Below are positions 35,771 through 44,606 of a stretch of 64,000 bases of DNA, in pieces (position 1 is the first letter of the stretch; every line of letters begins with the position of its first letter). The notes below the pieces were generated by a model that worked only from the letters and a program-made list of their open reading frames with translations, had not been told where the DNA came from and searched no databases. The position numbers and the translations under genes were made by a program. The stretch comes from a bacterium (GTDB lineage Bacteria > UBP6 > UBA1177): positions 89,261 through 153,260 of the forward strand of contig JAFQZM010000038.1 of the NCBI GenBank assembly GCA_017405875.1, written 5' to 3'.

Positions 35771-37428
35771 ATTTTTTTCCTGATTTCTTCTGCGATTTTT
35801 CTTGTCATTTCGACAGGGTGGTAATTCGCGAAAATGCCTGAAACTTTGAGTGCGTTTGCCGCGATAGTCGTGTTTTTGTCGACTGAATACTGCGAAAAGA
35901 AATAGAAAGGAATTTCCGAAATCTCTTTTTTGTGCTTGATTGCGGCTAATAGACGGAGCGGAGTGATGGCTGTGTCTGTCATGTCGATATCGCAGAGGAT
36001 GAAGCCAAGATGATCCTTTTCGTCTTTTATTATCTGTGCGGCTTTTTCTATGGTTTTCGCTTTTGTGACTTCGATATTTACGCGGCTGAATTTATCAGCA
36101 ATGTCATCGAGATCGAATTTTTTCTGTGAAATAACGATCGCGTTTATCTTTTTCAGTGAAGAATCGGTTGCCGAGATCTGCTGAGTCTGTTCGAGTGCTG
36201 TTATAAGCCTGTCGCTGAAGAACATCGTCTCTTTGAGCTGCTGAAGCGCCTCTTTCGGTGCAACACCCGAAATTCTCGTCATAAAATCGTAAGTGTTTGC
36301 AAGAAGCAGAATGAGAGAGCCGACCGGAATCTCGTTCAGTTTGAGATTTCGCGGAAATCCCTGCCCGTTGTAGGTTTCATACATATTTTCAAGGCAGTTG
36401 AGTGCAAGTTTTGAAAGCTGGACATCGGCGAAAAGTTTTGTCGCTATCTGCGAATAAGTTTTCATTTTGTCTGTATTCGCCTGATTTTTGATGTCGAGAG
36501 CTGTGAGATGAAGTTTTTTGCCGACATCGTGAAGATAAGCTGCAATCGTGAGGTCGTAGAGCTCGACTTCAGAAAGATGTATCGCTTCGCCGATTTCTTT
36601 GCAGAGGATTGCAACTCTCTGCGAGTGGGCGAAGTAACTGTCTCCGTGTGCTGCGACATCGAGAAGATTCGAGAATATGCGGAGAAGCTCGATTAGCTGG
36701 TTTCCCTGTTCGCGAACCCAGCTCGGCATACTGCTCATCATCGAAGTAGTTACCGCTGTTACATCGACTTTCGTATCGGAAAGTTCAGCCTTGTTGACGA
36801 TCATCGAGAATGTCTCGCGCTTGTCCTGACGCAGCTTGTCCTCGTCCATCGTTGCGATATCCTGAATCCTGTTGGCTACTTCAACATCGTTCGGATTGTC
36901 AAGTGAAATGATTGTTTCGTTGGCAAACATGTCGTGGTGCATCGAAACGGAATTTCTGACAAGTCTGTCAAAAGCGGTGATATCATTGTTGTACTGTTTC
37001 AGAATGAGAGCTTTTATAACGTTTGAAGTTGCAACGACCGGAACTACAGACTGAACGCCGTTGAGCAGTATTTTCAGCTCGTCAAAAAGGACGATATTCT
37101 GCGGTTCGTATGTGAGAAGAGTGAGACGGTAGTTGTTTATGCTGTACTTCAAAGGAAAAATGGTTTTGTCCATCGCCATTTTCAGAGGAATAATGTCTGA
37201 CGGTGACATAACTGCCATTTTTTCAAGTTTTTCACTCGTTATATACTGAACATTGAACTGCTTTGAAAGGTATTGCAAGAGCTCTGTTTCAGGTATCTTG
37301 CCGAGCTTGAGAAGAATCTCACCGAGATATGTCGGGTGATTTTTCTGAAAAGAGAGGGCTAAAGAAATATCTGATTCGGAAATAAGCCCCTTATCTAAAA
37401 AGTATTCTCCGACTTTCATTCCAGTCAT
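35767..37428 (-). CDS. MshEN (GspE N-terminal) + degenerate HD-GYP + receiver-like protein
   Basis: Two 24-aa MshEN motifs 5 aa apart; LHDVGK; YETYNGQGFP; C-terminal ILCDIDM. Confidence 0.8.
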   Translation of the reverse strand: MTGMKVGEYFLDKGLISESDISLALSFQKNHPTYLGEILLKLGKIPETELLQYLSKQFNVQYITSEKLEKMAVMSPSDIIPLKMAMDKTIFPLKYSINNYRLTLLTYEPQNIVLFDELKILLNGVQSVVPVVATSNVIKALILKQYNNDITAFDRLVRNSVSMHHDMFANETIISLDNPNDVEVANRIQDIATMDEDKLRQDKRETFSMIVNKAELSDTKVDVTAVTTSMMSSMPSWVREQGNQLIELLRIFSNLLDVAAHGDSYFAHSQRVAILCKEIGEAIHLSEVELYDLTIAAYLHDVGKKLHLTALDIKNQANTDKMKTYSQIATKLFADVQLSKLALNCLENMYETYNGQGFPRNLKLNEIPVGSLILLLANTYDFMTRISGVAPKEALQQLKETMFFSDRLITALEQTQQISATDSSLKKINAIVISQKKFDLDDIADKFSRVNIEVTKAKTIEKAAQIIKDEKDHLGFILCDIDMTDTAITPLRLLAAIKHKKEISEIPFYFFSQYSVDKNTTIAANALKVSGIFANYHPVEMTRKIAEEIRKKI

Positions 37429-37516
37429 TACAAAAACTCCTTAATCAAAAAAACTACTCTCAAAAAAAAGACGCAACATTATACTCAAACAAAAAATAAA
37501 ATCAAGTTGGTTCGTT

Positions 37517-38434
37517 TTATTTAGTTTCAAGAAATTTTACAGCCGCTTCGTGCATTTCCAGAATCGCCTCCTCTTTGCCGGAGCAGATGAGAAGTTTGTC
37601 GGTGCCGCTTCTGAAAAAAAGTTCCGTTTTTTCTTTTGCGGAGAATCTGTCGAGTGCGTGCATTTCGATATCGTCGGTCATTGAAATTCCGACAAAACCG
37701 AGATCTTTGCGGAGAATTTTATCCCATTCCGGTGCAAGAGATGCGGGAAGCTGACTGATTTCGGGCAGAAGAAGGTGCGCTTTCATCACGAAACCGGCAG
37801 CGTTCGCAAGTTTCCGATACGGAACCAGGTCTTCTCTGAAAAGATCGTCGAACGGTTTGTTTATAAGCGGAAGTTCCGAGTGCGAATCGATTACTGTCGT
37901 TCCGTGACCAGGAAAGTGTTTTATCACCGGAAAAACGCCTGCTTCCTGCATTTTTTTGATATATATTGAAGCAAATTCGACGACAGTTTCAGTATCTTCG
38001 CCGAAAGAGCGGTCTCCGACTATCGAATTATCTTCGCCGCTTCTCAGATCGACATTCGGCGCCATGTTCATGTTTATTCCGATTTCGTTTAGTTTTTGAG
38101 CGAGGATAGCGATTTTTTCTGCCGCTATTTCTTTGCCGTAAGTCACGAGTTCTTTCATCGAAGGAAGTGAATAGTCGTCTTTCGGCAGCCTGCGGACTCT
38201 TCCTCCTTCCTCGTCAATCGAATGAAACTCGATAGAATCAAAACATTTCGTAGATTTGATGAGGCTCTGCAGCGATTCGCAGCTTTCGACATTTCTTTTG
38301 AAGTAGATGATCCCGCAGGGCGTTACTTCGCGCAGCATCAATATTTCGCTTTTTGTAAGCGTTGTCCCAGAAAGAGAGACAATAAGCCGCTTTCCGGCTT
38401 CCTTTTTCAACCTTTCAAGTTTCGGTGACGTCAT
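37517..38434 (-). CDS. nagZ: Beta-N-acetylhexosaminidase (GH3)
   Basis: IDEEGGRVRR, APNVD, GDRSFG, KHFPGHG..DSH, TDDIEM. ATG 38434 has a GGAG RBS. Confidence 0.9.
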   Translation of the reverse strand: MTSPKLERLKKEAGKRLIVSLSGTTLTKSEILMLREVTPCGIIYFKRNVESCESLQSLIKSTKCFDSIEFHSIDEEGGRVRRLPKDDYSLPSMKELVTYGKEIAAEKIAILAQKLNEIGINMNMAPNVDLRSGEDNSIVGDRSFGEDTETVVEFASIYIKKMQEAGVFPVIKHFPGHGTTVIDSHSELPLINKPFDDLFREDLVPYRKLANAAGFVMKAHLLLPEISQLPASLAPEWDKILRKDLGFVGISMTDDIEMHALDRFSAKEKTELFFRSGTDKLLICSGKEEAILEMHEAAVKFLETK

Positions 38435-38561
38435 TTTCCACTCCATAAAAACAACTTTCGGCGGAATATAGCGAAAGGATTTTTTCATGCAAATTTTAAC
38501 TTGATTTGACAATATTTCTTTATTTTCTAAAGTTCTCCGTTTTGTGTTTTTGGAGGAAACG

Positions 38562-39326
38562 ATGATTTTTATAGTCGATATAGGCAACAGCAACACGGTT
38601 GTCGGAATCTACAAAGGCGAAGAACTTATCAAAAGATGGAGGATTTCGACCGACAGGACTCTCACGGTCGATGATATTGCGGCGAAACTTTCCGCACTTA
38701 TGATGTTTGACAGAATAAATACCAAAGATATTTCTCAGTGCATAATCAGCTCCGTCGTTCCGACTTGGAACCACGCCTGGGAGCGTTTTTCGATAGAGTT
38801 TTTGCATATAAAGCCGCTCTTTTTGAGATACAACACCAAGTGCGGAATTTCATTGAATATTTCCAATCCGTCAGAAATCGGTGCAGACAGGATCGCAAAC
38901 TCCGTTGCGGCAGCGGCAGTCTATCCTCAAGGTTCTTTCATCATTGATTCTGGAACCGCAATAACACTAGATATAGTCACTCCGAAAAAAGAGTATATAG
39001 GCGGCGCGATCATGCCCGGTATAATGATCTCGATGGAAGCAATGTCGCTCAGAACCGCGAAACTTCCCCGTTTCGAGCTTGACAGGCCGCTTCATGCTAT
39101 CGGAAAATCGACTCTGGAAGGGCTTACGAGCGGTGTTTTCTACGGTTTTGTCGGAATGGTCGACCGCGTTATAGAAGAGTCGCTGAAAGAAGTCGATTTC
39201 AAGCCCAAAATAATCGCGACTGGCGGACTTGCCGGAGCAATCGCATCAGCTTCAAATTACATCAGTGAATTTGACAGAGACCTTACTTTGAGAGGTCTCA
39301 GAATAATCGCGGAACTCAACAGATAG
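38562..39326 (+). CDS. coaX: Type III pantothenate kinase
   Basis: DIGNSNT, GADR, IDSGTAITLD, ATGG. Confidence 0.95.
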   Translation: MIFIVDIGNSNTVVGIYKGEELIKRWRISTDRTLTVDDIAAKLSALMMFDRINTKDISQCIISSVVPTWNHAWERFSIEFLHIKPLFLRYNTKCGISLNISNPSEIGADRIANSVAAAAVYPQGSFIIDSGTAITLDIVTPKKEYIGGAIMPGIMISMEAMSLRTAKLPRFELDRPLHAIGKSTLEGLTSGVFYGFVGMVDRVIEESLKEVDFKPKIIATGGLAGAIASASNYISEFDRDLTLRGLRIIAELNR

Positions 39327-39332
39327 CAATAC

Positions 39333-39364
39333 ATATCTTCGTAATACCGGCAAGATTCGGCGGC
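39333..39364 (-). repeat. REP-like intergenic repeat, copy 3 (half element)
   Basis: Reverse complement GCCGCCGAATCTTGCCGGTATTACGAAGATAT aligns to 8744-8776 GCCGCCGCATATCTTGTCGATATTACGAGATAT. Confidence 0.6.
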
Positions 39365-39994
39365 TCAAAGTTTTTCGATTAATGATTCAAAGTCGGCGTC
39401 ATTTCCGCCGCCGCGCATGATTTTTGCCACATATTTCCCCAGAATGTCGAATTCAAGGTTGACTTCGGCGCCTGTTTTGAGTGTTTTGGCGAAGGAGGTG
39501 CGTTTCAGAGTTTCGGGAATGAGCGAGATTTTGAAAGTGTTTCCGTCAAGTTCGGCGATCGTGAGGCTGACTCCGTTGACTGTGACTGAGCCGCGGGGAA
39601 CTGTGAGGTCTGTGAAATTTCTGTCGAAAGTGATTCTGACTTCAATTCCGTCACCGATTTTTTTAATGTCGGAGACTTTTCCGCACGAATCGACATGACC
39701 TTGCACGATGTGACCGTCGAATCTGCCGTCTGCAGCCATAGCACGTTCCAGATTTACGGTCGAGCCGGATACGTATTTTCCTGCGATCGTCTTTTCGAGA
39801 GTCGATTTCGAGACGAAAAACAAAATATTTTCTCCGGTAAAACTTTCAACGGTGAGACATACTCCGTCAACTGCTATCGAATCACCCTTTTTTATCTCGT
39901 GTCCGAAAGGATTTTTAAGACTGATGCGGCATTCAGAGCCTTTTTTTTCGATTTTTGTTACTGCCGAGACCGCTTCGATTATTCCGGTGAACAT
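39365..39994 (-). CDS. ribE: Riboflavin synthase
   Basis: MFTGII, GDSIAVDGVCLTV, VNLERA, GHIVQGHVD, VNLEFD. Confidence 0.96.
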   Translation of the reverse strand: MFTGIIEAVSAVTKIEKKGSECRISLKNPFGHEIKKGDSIAVDGVCLTVESFTGENILFFVSKSTLEKTIAGKYVSGSTVNLERAMAADGRFDGHIVQGHVDSCGKVSDIKKIGDGIEVRITFDRNFTDLTVPRGSVTVNGVSLTIAELDGNTFKISLIPETLKRTSFAKTLKTGAEVNLEFDILGKYVAKIMRGGGNDADFESLIEKL

Positions 39995-40111
39995 CTGTTT
40001 TTCCTCTCAATGGTCGAATAAAACCCTTTAATTTATGTGAAGCCGCTGTTTTGTCAAATATGCCTGCAAAAGAAGAAAAAAAGAAAAAAAATTTTTAAAA
40101 CATTTTTATTG

Positions 40112-40170
40112 TTGACTTTTAATTTTTGCCAATTAGTATCGCGTCACCTTGAGAAATAGTTCTCAGGGTG
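40112..40170 (+). promoter_or_regulatory. Promoter and 5'-leader hairpin of the RRM gene
   Basis: TTGACT-16-TAGTAT, then CACCTTGAGAA-ATAG-TTCTCAGGGTG (11-bp stem, one G-U pair) at 40145-40170. Confidence 0.55.
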
Positions 40171-40201
40171 TGTTTTACAATTGTTTTTTGAGAGAAGAGA
40201 C

Positions 40202-40474
40202 ATGAACATTTATGTTGGAAACCTTGCGTACAAAATGAGTGAAGAAGAACTTAGAGCTGCTTTCGAAGCTTACGGAACAGTTGATTCCGCAAGATTCGTA
40301 ATCGATCGCGAAACCGGTCGTTCCAAAGGATTCGGTTTTGTTGAAATGCCGGTAAAAGAAGAAGCTATGGCTGCGATCGAAGGTCTCAACGGAACAGAGC
40401 TTGCAGGCAGAACAGTTACTGTCAATGAAGCACGTCCGCGCGAAGAGAGACCGAGAGGCGGTTTCAGAAAGTAA
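40202..40474 (+). CDS. RNA-binding protein (single RRM)
   Basis: RNP2 IYVGNL; RNP1 KGFGFVEM; VNEARPR. Confidence 0.95.
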   Translation: MNIYVGNLAYKMSEEELRAAFEAYGTVDSARFVIDRETGRSKGFGFVEMPVKEEAMAAIEGLNGTELAGRTVTVNEARPREERPRGGFRK

Positions 40475-40509
40475 TTCTTTACATCCAAAATAGATCACGC
40501 ACATTCTTT

Positions 40510-40540
40510 TGCCTGAGTTTTTTAGCTCAGGCATTTTTTT
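40510..40540 (+). terminator. Intrinsic terminator
   Basis: TGCCTGAG...CTCAGGCA stem followed by T7. Confidence 0.8.
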
Positions 40541-40609
40541 ATCCTCATTTTTTGTAGTTTTTGTCACTTTTTTATGCTATAAGCGAACGCCTTTTTGATG
40601 GAGTTATAG

Positions 40610-41488
40610 ATGATTACCGAATGTCCTAACTGCAATAAGGCGATATCGGTCGCCAACAGCGGGATGGTCAGATGTCCGAAATGCGGAGCTCTTGTTTTTA
40701 TAGGCGATCCGCTGAAAGACGAGAAAAACAGCGTTGTCGATTCCGCGCCTAAAGAGCACAAAGAGAGTAATAAAGAATCTGAAATAAACGAAAATATTAA
40801 GAAAATCCAGTCGGTTCTTAAAAAAATAACGATCGTGACGGATTCTGGAACGCCGTGGGACCGCGTTTCACAGATCGGTTTTGCCGATGCCTTTTTTCTT
40901 ACGACTAAAGAGCTTCTGCTTACTCCCGAAGCGTTTTTCTACAAAATGAAAGTCTGTAAAAAGCCTTCGTTTCTTCCTCTTTACGGTATTATCGCGGCTT
41001 TTGCGGCATCACTTTTCCAGATTTTCTGGGCTTTGAAATTTTTCCAGACCGCTTTTCCCGATTTCGCCTCTTTCAAAGCGGCAGTCTCTTCGCTCGGAGT
41101 TCCGGCACTTTCTTTGGTGCAGGACGAAGCGGCTTTAAAAGCTGTTTTCGACATGATGAATCCCGACGCTTCGATGCTTGCCGTCCAGCTTCTGATTTCT
41201 CCTTTCATGGCGATAGTTTTTACCGCTTTCATTCTCCACACCGGAAGCACTCTTTTGGGTTCCAACACGCGGCTCGTACACTTCTACAGAATGTCGAGTT
41301 TTATAATGGTGACCGGACTCTTTAATATTGTTCCTGTGCTGGGAAATATCACCTCTTTCGTGTGGCGCGCCGTTCTCGTTTACAAAGGAGGCAGGATTCT
41401 GAACGGATTTAACGAAAGAAAAGCGAGAATTTTCCTCGTTTTCTATATTTTTATGCAGATTCTTTTTATCGGATTGGGGATGCTATGA
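40610..41488 (+). CDS. Zinc-ribbon + Yip1-family membrane protein
   Basis: CPNC..CPKC; TPWD..GF..AF..T..LL.P..FF; multiple TM segments. Confidence 0.7.
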   Translation: MITECPNCNKAISVANSGMVRCPKCGALVFIGDPLKDEKNSVVDSAPKEHKESNKESEINENIKKIQSVLKKITIVTDSGTPWDRVSQIGFADAFFLTTKELLLTPEAFFYKMKVCKKPSFLPLYGIIAAFAASLFQIFWALKFFQTAFPDFASFKAAVSSLGVPALSLVQDEAALKAVFDMMNPDASMLAVQLLISPFMAIVFTAFILHTGSTLLGSNTRLVHFYRMSSFIMVTGLFNIVPVLGNITSFVWRAVLVYKGGRILNGFNERKARIFLVFYIFMQILFIGLGML

Positions 41489-41967
41489 ATTTAAGGGTAG
41501 GGAGCGGATTCGATGTTCATAAATTTGAAGAGGGAAGAGAGCTCTTTTTAGGCGGGATCCTGATTGAAAACCACACCGGGCTTGCAGGTCACAGTGATGC
41601 CGACGTGCTGATCCACGCTGTAATCGACGCTCTTCTGGGGGCAACGGCGATCGGTGATATCGGCGAACTTTTTCCCGATACCGACAATGCTTTCAAAAAT
41701 ATAAGAAGCACGATCCTGCTTGAAAAAGTCGTCTCCGAGCTTCATTCGCGCGGCTGGCAGATCGTAAATGTCGATTCGACCGTCATCTGCGAAACGCCGA
41801 AAATCAGTAAATATAAACTTCAGATGAGAGAAAAACTGGCTGAAATAATGCAGATCCCGACTGACTGCGTAATGGTCAAGGGGAAAACCACCGAAAAACT
41901 CGGTTTTACCGGCAGGAAAGAGGGTATCGCGGCTATGTCCACAGCACTTTTGGAGAAAAAATCATGA
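41485..41967 (+). CDS. ispF: 2-C-methyl-D-erythritol 2,4-cyclodiphosphate synthase
   Basis: GFDVH, GHSDADVLIHAVIDALLGA, KTTEKLGFTGRKEGIAA. Confidence 0.97.
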   Translation: MNLRVGSGFDVHKFEEGRELFLGGILIENHTGLAGHSDADVLIHAVIDALLGATAIGDIGELFPDTDNAFKNIRSTILLEKVVSELHSRGWQIVNVDSTVICETPKISKYKLQMREKLAEIMQIPTDCVMVKGKTTEKLGFTGRKEGIAAMSTALLEKKS

Positions 41968-42578
41968 AAAAAATCAGTTTTTATGTAGGAAAAAAGAATT
42001 TTATAACGTTTGCTATCGCTTCGCTGATCCTGCTTTATGCGATCTACTCGTTTTCCGACAACGTGATCTACTTCTTTTCAAACGACACTCCGATAGATCT
42101 TGGCGATGCGCTTGAACTAAACACCGAAAATTTCGCGAAAGTGAAAGACGGCGATTACGTTCAGATCAAAGGAATAACTTCGATTCAGGGTGGAAACATC
42201 AAAAAAGGCGTTACCGGCGAGCGCCATGTCGTTTACTATCTCAACGGTTCGTCAAAGTTCATAATCGATTCGGCAGTTACCGATGAAGATTCTTTTTCCG
42301 GTCCGCACTACAGAACGGTGAAGGGCAGGGCTTTCGCTTTCAAAACCAATTCGAAAGCTGCCAAAATGCAGTCTTTTTTTGCTAATTCGCTCTTTCTCGA
42401 CATGAAAGATGACGGCTTTTTCATCGAGGACGGTGTTATTCCCCGCACAGACTATGCCGGACTTTTCATGTTTGCTTTTTTTACTGTTCTGATGATTTTG
42501 AACATAGTTTTTTTCATAAAGCCGATGAAGCGTGAAGCTACTCAGGAAGAGATAGACAGGGAAATCGACGCACTTTGA
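41964..42578 (+). CDS. Hypothetical membrane protein
   Basis: 204-aa ORF with N- and C-terminal TM segments; overlaps the ispF stop. Confidence 0.65.
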   Translation: MKKISFYVGKKNFITFAIASLILLYAIYSFSDNVIYFFSNDTPIDLGDALELNTENFAKVKDGDYVQIKGITSIQGGNIKKGVTGERHVVYYLNGSSKFIIDSAVTDEDSFSGPHYRTVKGRAFAFKTNSKAAKMQSFFANSLFLDMKDDGFFIEDGVIPRTDYAGLFMFAFFTVLMILNIVFFIKPMKREATQEEIDREIDAL

Positions 42579-42591
42579 CAGGGAGCAGGCA

Positions 42592-44598
42592 ATGGCGGAC
42601 AAAACCGATAAAAAACAGATTTTTTTTCTAATTCTGGCGGTTGTTTTCGTATATTTCAACTCGCTTCCGAACGATTTTATTTTTGACGATATTCCGCTTG
42701 TTCAGAATTCGCTCTGGATAACTTCGGCGAATTTTTTCGATATTCTGCGTTCCTACAGACCTCTGCGTTATGTTTCCTATGCGCTTGACTACCGCATTTT
42801 CGGCATGAATCCTGCCGGTTTCAGACTGATGAACATAATTTACCACGCGATTTCCGTGCTTGCTCTTTTCTGGGCTCTCAAAATGTTCGGATTTAAGAAG
42901 CGTGCGGCTTTCGCTGCGGCTCTGATTTTTGCGGTTCATCCGGTAAACACCGATGCTGTTGCCTATATTTCGGGCAGAAGAGACGTCCTCATGGGGCTTT
43001 TCTACATTCTGAGTATCGGCTGCTTTTTCAAGTTCTACAGAACGGTTTCTCCGGCTGAAAGGGCGGTGAGCGGCGCAGTAAAAAAACAGTGGGGAATGCT
43101 TGTTCTGGCTCTTGTTTTTATGTGTATTTCGATATCCTCGAAAGAGATGGGAGCCACGATCCCGCTTGTTTTCATAATGTACGCCGCATACAAGGACGGT
43201 GCGGCACTTCTTAAAAAGCCGTGGTTTTATTTCATCGCGATGGTTTTCCTAATCCTCTTTTCGTTTTTTGCATTTCTCGCCATCTCAGGCGGCGGCAGCG
43301 CGCTTGTTTCGCTTAACGGCATCAGCTTCCACGGCAATTCGCCCGAAGTTCACTATCTGACGGCGGCTACAATATTCCTGCATTACCTCAAACTTACTGT
43401 TTTTCCGTGGAAAATCATTCTTGACAACGCCGGATATCCGCTGGTTCTCGATTGGAATTTCGAAGTTTTCTTTTCGATCCTTTCTATATTTGTTCTTGTT
43501 TTTCTCGTGTGGTCTCTTCTTACGACTTCCCGGAAGAACAAAACAAATGCAACGGCGGAACGTCTTGAAATGAGGCATTCCATTGCGTTCTGGATATTCT
43601 TTTTCATCGTTTCGCTTGCCCCAGTTCTTCAGATAATCCCGCTTCACGAAATTGTCGCGGTTCACTATCTTTATGTTCCGATCACGGGATTCTGTGCGAT
43701 TGCCGGAATTCTTTTCGACTACTTCGCAGGGGAGGAAAATACCGGATTTTCCCAGATGTTCGACTTTTCGAAAAACAGAAAAAGGGCTGTTGCCGCGCTC
43801 TGCATAACCCTTCTTTTCTCGCTTTTCTCCATATGGACGATCTCGCGCAACTTCGAAATGAAAAACATCTGGACTGTGCTTCACGCAGACGCTGAAAAGC
43901 AGCCGCTCTCTTTCCGCGGTCTTTTTACGATCGGAGCTGAATACCTCAACATGAAATTTCCTGACAAGGCGTGGGAGTATTACAAACAGTCGATTGACAC
44001 GGGCTACTGGGATCCGAATCTTTTAAGCAACATCATCGGTTACCGCATTGTCAAAGGGCAGCACGATGAAGCGCTTGCATTTTATAATGAAATGGTGAAA
44101 AAAGGTGAATACATCACTTCAAGCGGTGTTCTGAATATTGCCGCAATCCATATGATCCGCGGAGACTGCGATACAGCTCTGAAAATGGCAAACTCAATTG
44201 TGCCTGATGCTTCCGAAGTTACACGCAGCGATCGCCTGAAAAAATGCAGGGAATACGGTTTTGAAAAGTTCAACGACGGCAATCTTTACGATGTTTACGA
44301 AAAGCAGAAACTTATGAAAGATCTTGAAATGAACGTCGAAAGAAAGCCTTACCTCAAAAAGCTTATCGAAAGCGGAGAATTCGGAGGTGAAAAGCTGATT
44401 GAACTCGTTTCCGATCTTGCCGCAGTTGACTTTATTTCGGATATTCCCGAAGCTATAAAATACTACAGATACGAAGTCGAACTTTACACAAAGGCAGGAA
44501 AACCGGCGCCCGAAGTGGCGGTTCGTTCGATCGCCGTTCTTGAAGATTATTCCCGCAAAGTTCTTGATGAAGGCAAATATCTGCCTCTTGAATTTTAG
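42592..44598 (+). CDS. TMTC-like GT-C membrane glycosyltransferase with C-terminal TPR-like region
   Basis: YFNSL.NDFIFDD, YRPLRYVSY, AVHPVNTDAVAYISGRRDVL, SKE, RYLY-like HYLYVP; many TM segments, then helical repeats. Confidence 0.7.
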   Translation: MADKTDKKQIFFLILAVVFVYFNSLPNDFIFDDIPLVQNSLWITSANFFDILRSYRPLRYVSYALDYRIFGMNPAGFRLMNIIYHAISVLALFWALKMFGFKKRAAFAAALIFAVHPVNTDAVAYISGRRDVLMGLFYILSIGCFFKFYRTVSPAERAVSGAVKKQWGMLVLALVFMCISISSKEMGATIPLVFIMYAAYKDGAALLKKPWFYFIAMVFLILFSFFAFLAISGGGSALVSLNGISFHGNSPEVHYLTAATIFLHYLKLTVFPWKIILDNAGYPLVLDWNFEVFFSILSIFVLVFLVWSLLTTSRKNKTNATAERLEMRHSIAFWIFFFIVSLAPVLQIIPLHEIVAVHYLYVPITGFCAIAGILFDYFAGEENTGFSQMFDFSKNRKRAVAALCITLLFSLFSIWTISRNFEMKNIWTVLHADAEKQPLSFRGLFTIGAEYLNMKFPDKAWEYYKQSIDTGYWDPNLLSNIIGYRIVKGQHDEALAFYNEMVKKGEYITSSGVLNIAAIHMIRGDCDTALKMANSIVPDASEVTRSDRLKKCREYGFEKFNDGNLYDVYEKQKLMKDLEMNVERKPYLKKLIESGEFGGEKLIELVSDLAAVDFISDIPEAIKYYRYEVELYTKAGKPAPEVAVRSIAVLEDYSRKVLDEGKYLPLEF

Positions 44599-44606
44599 GT
44601 GTTTTT

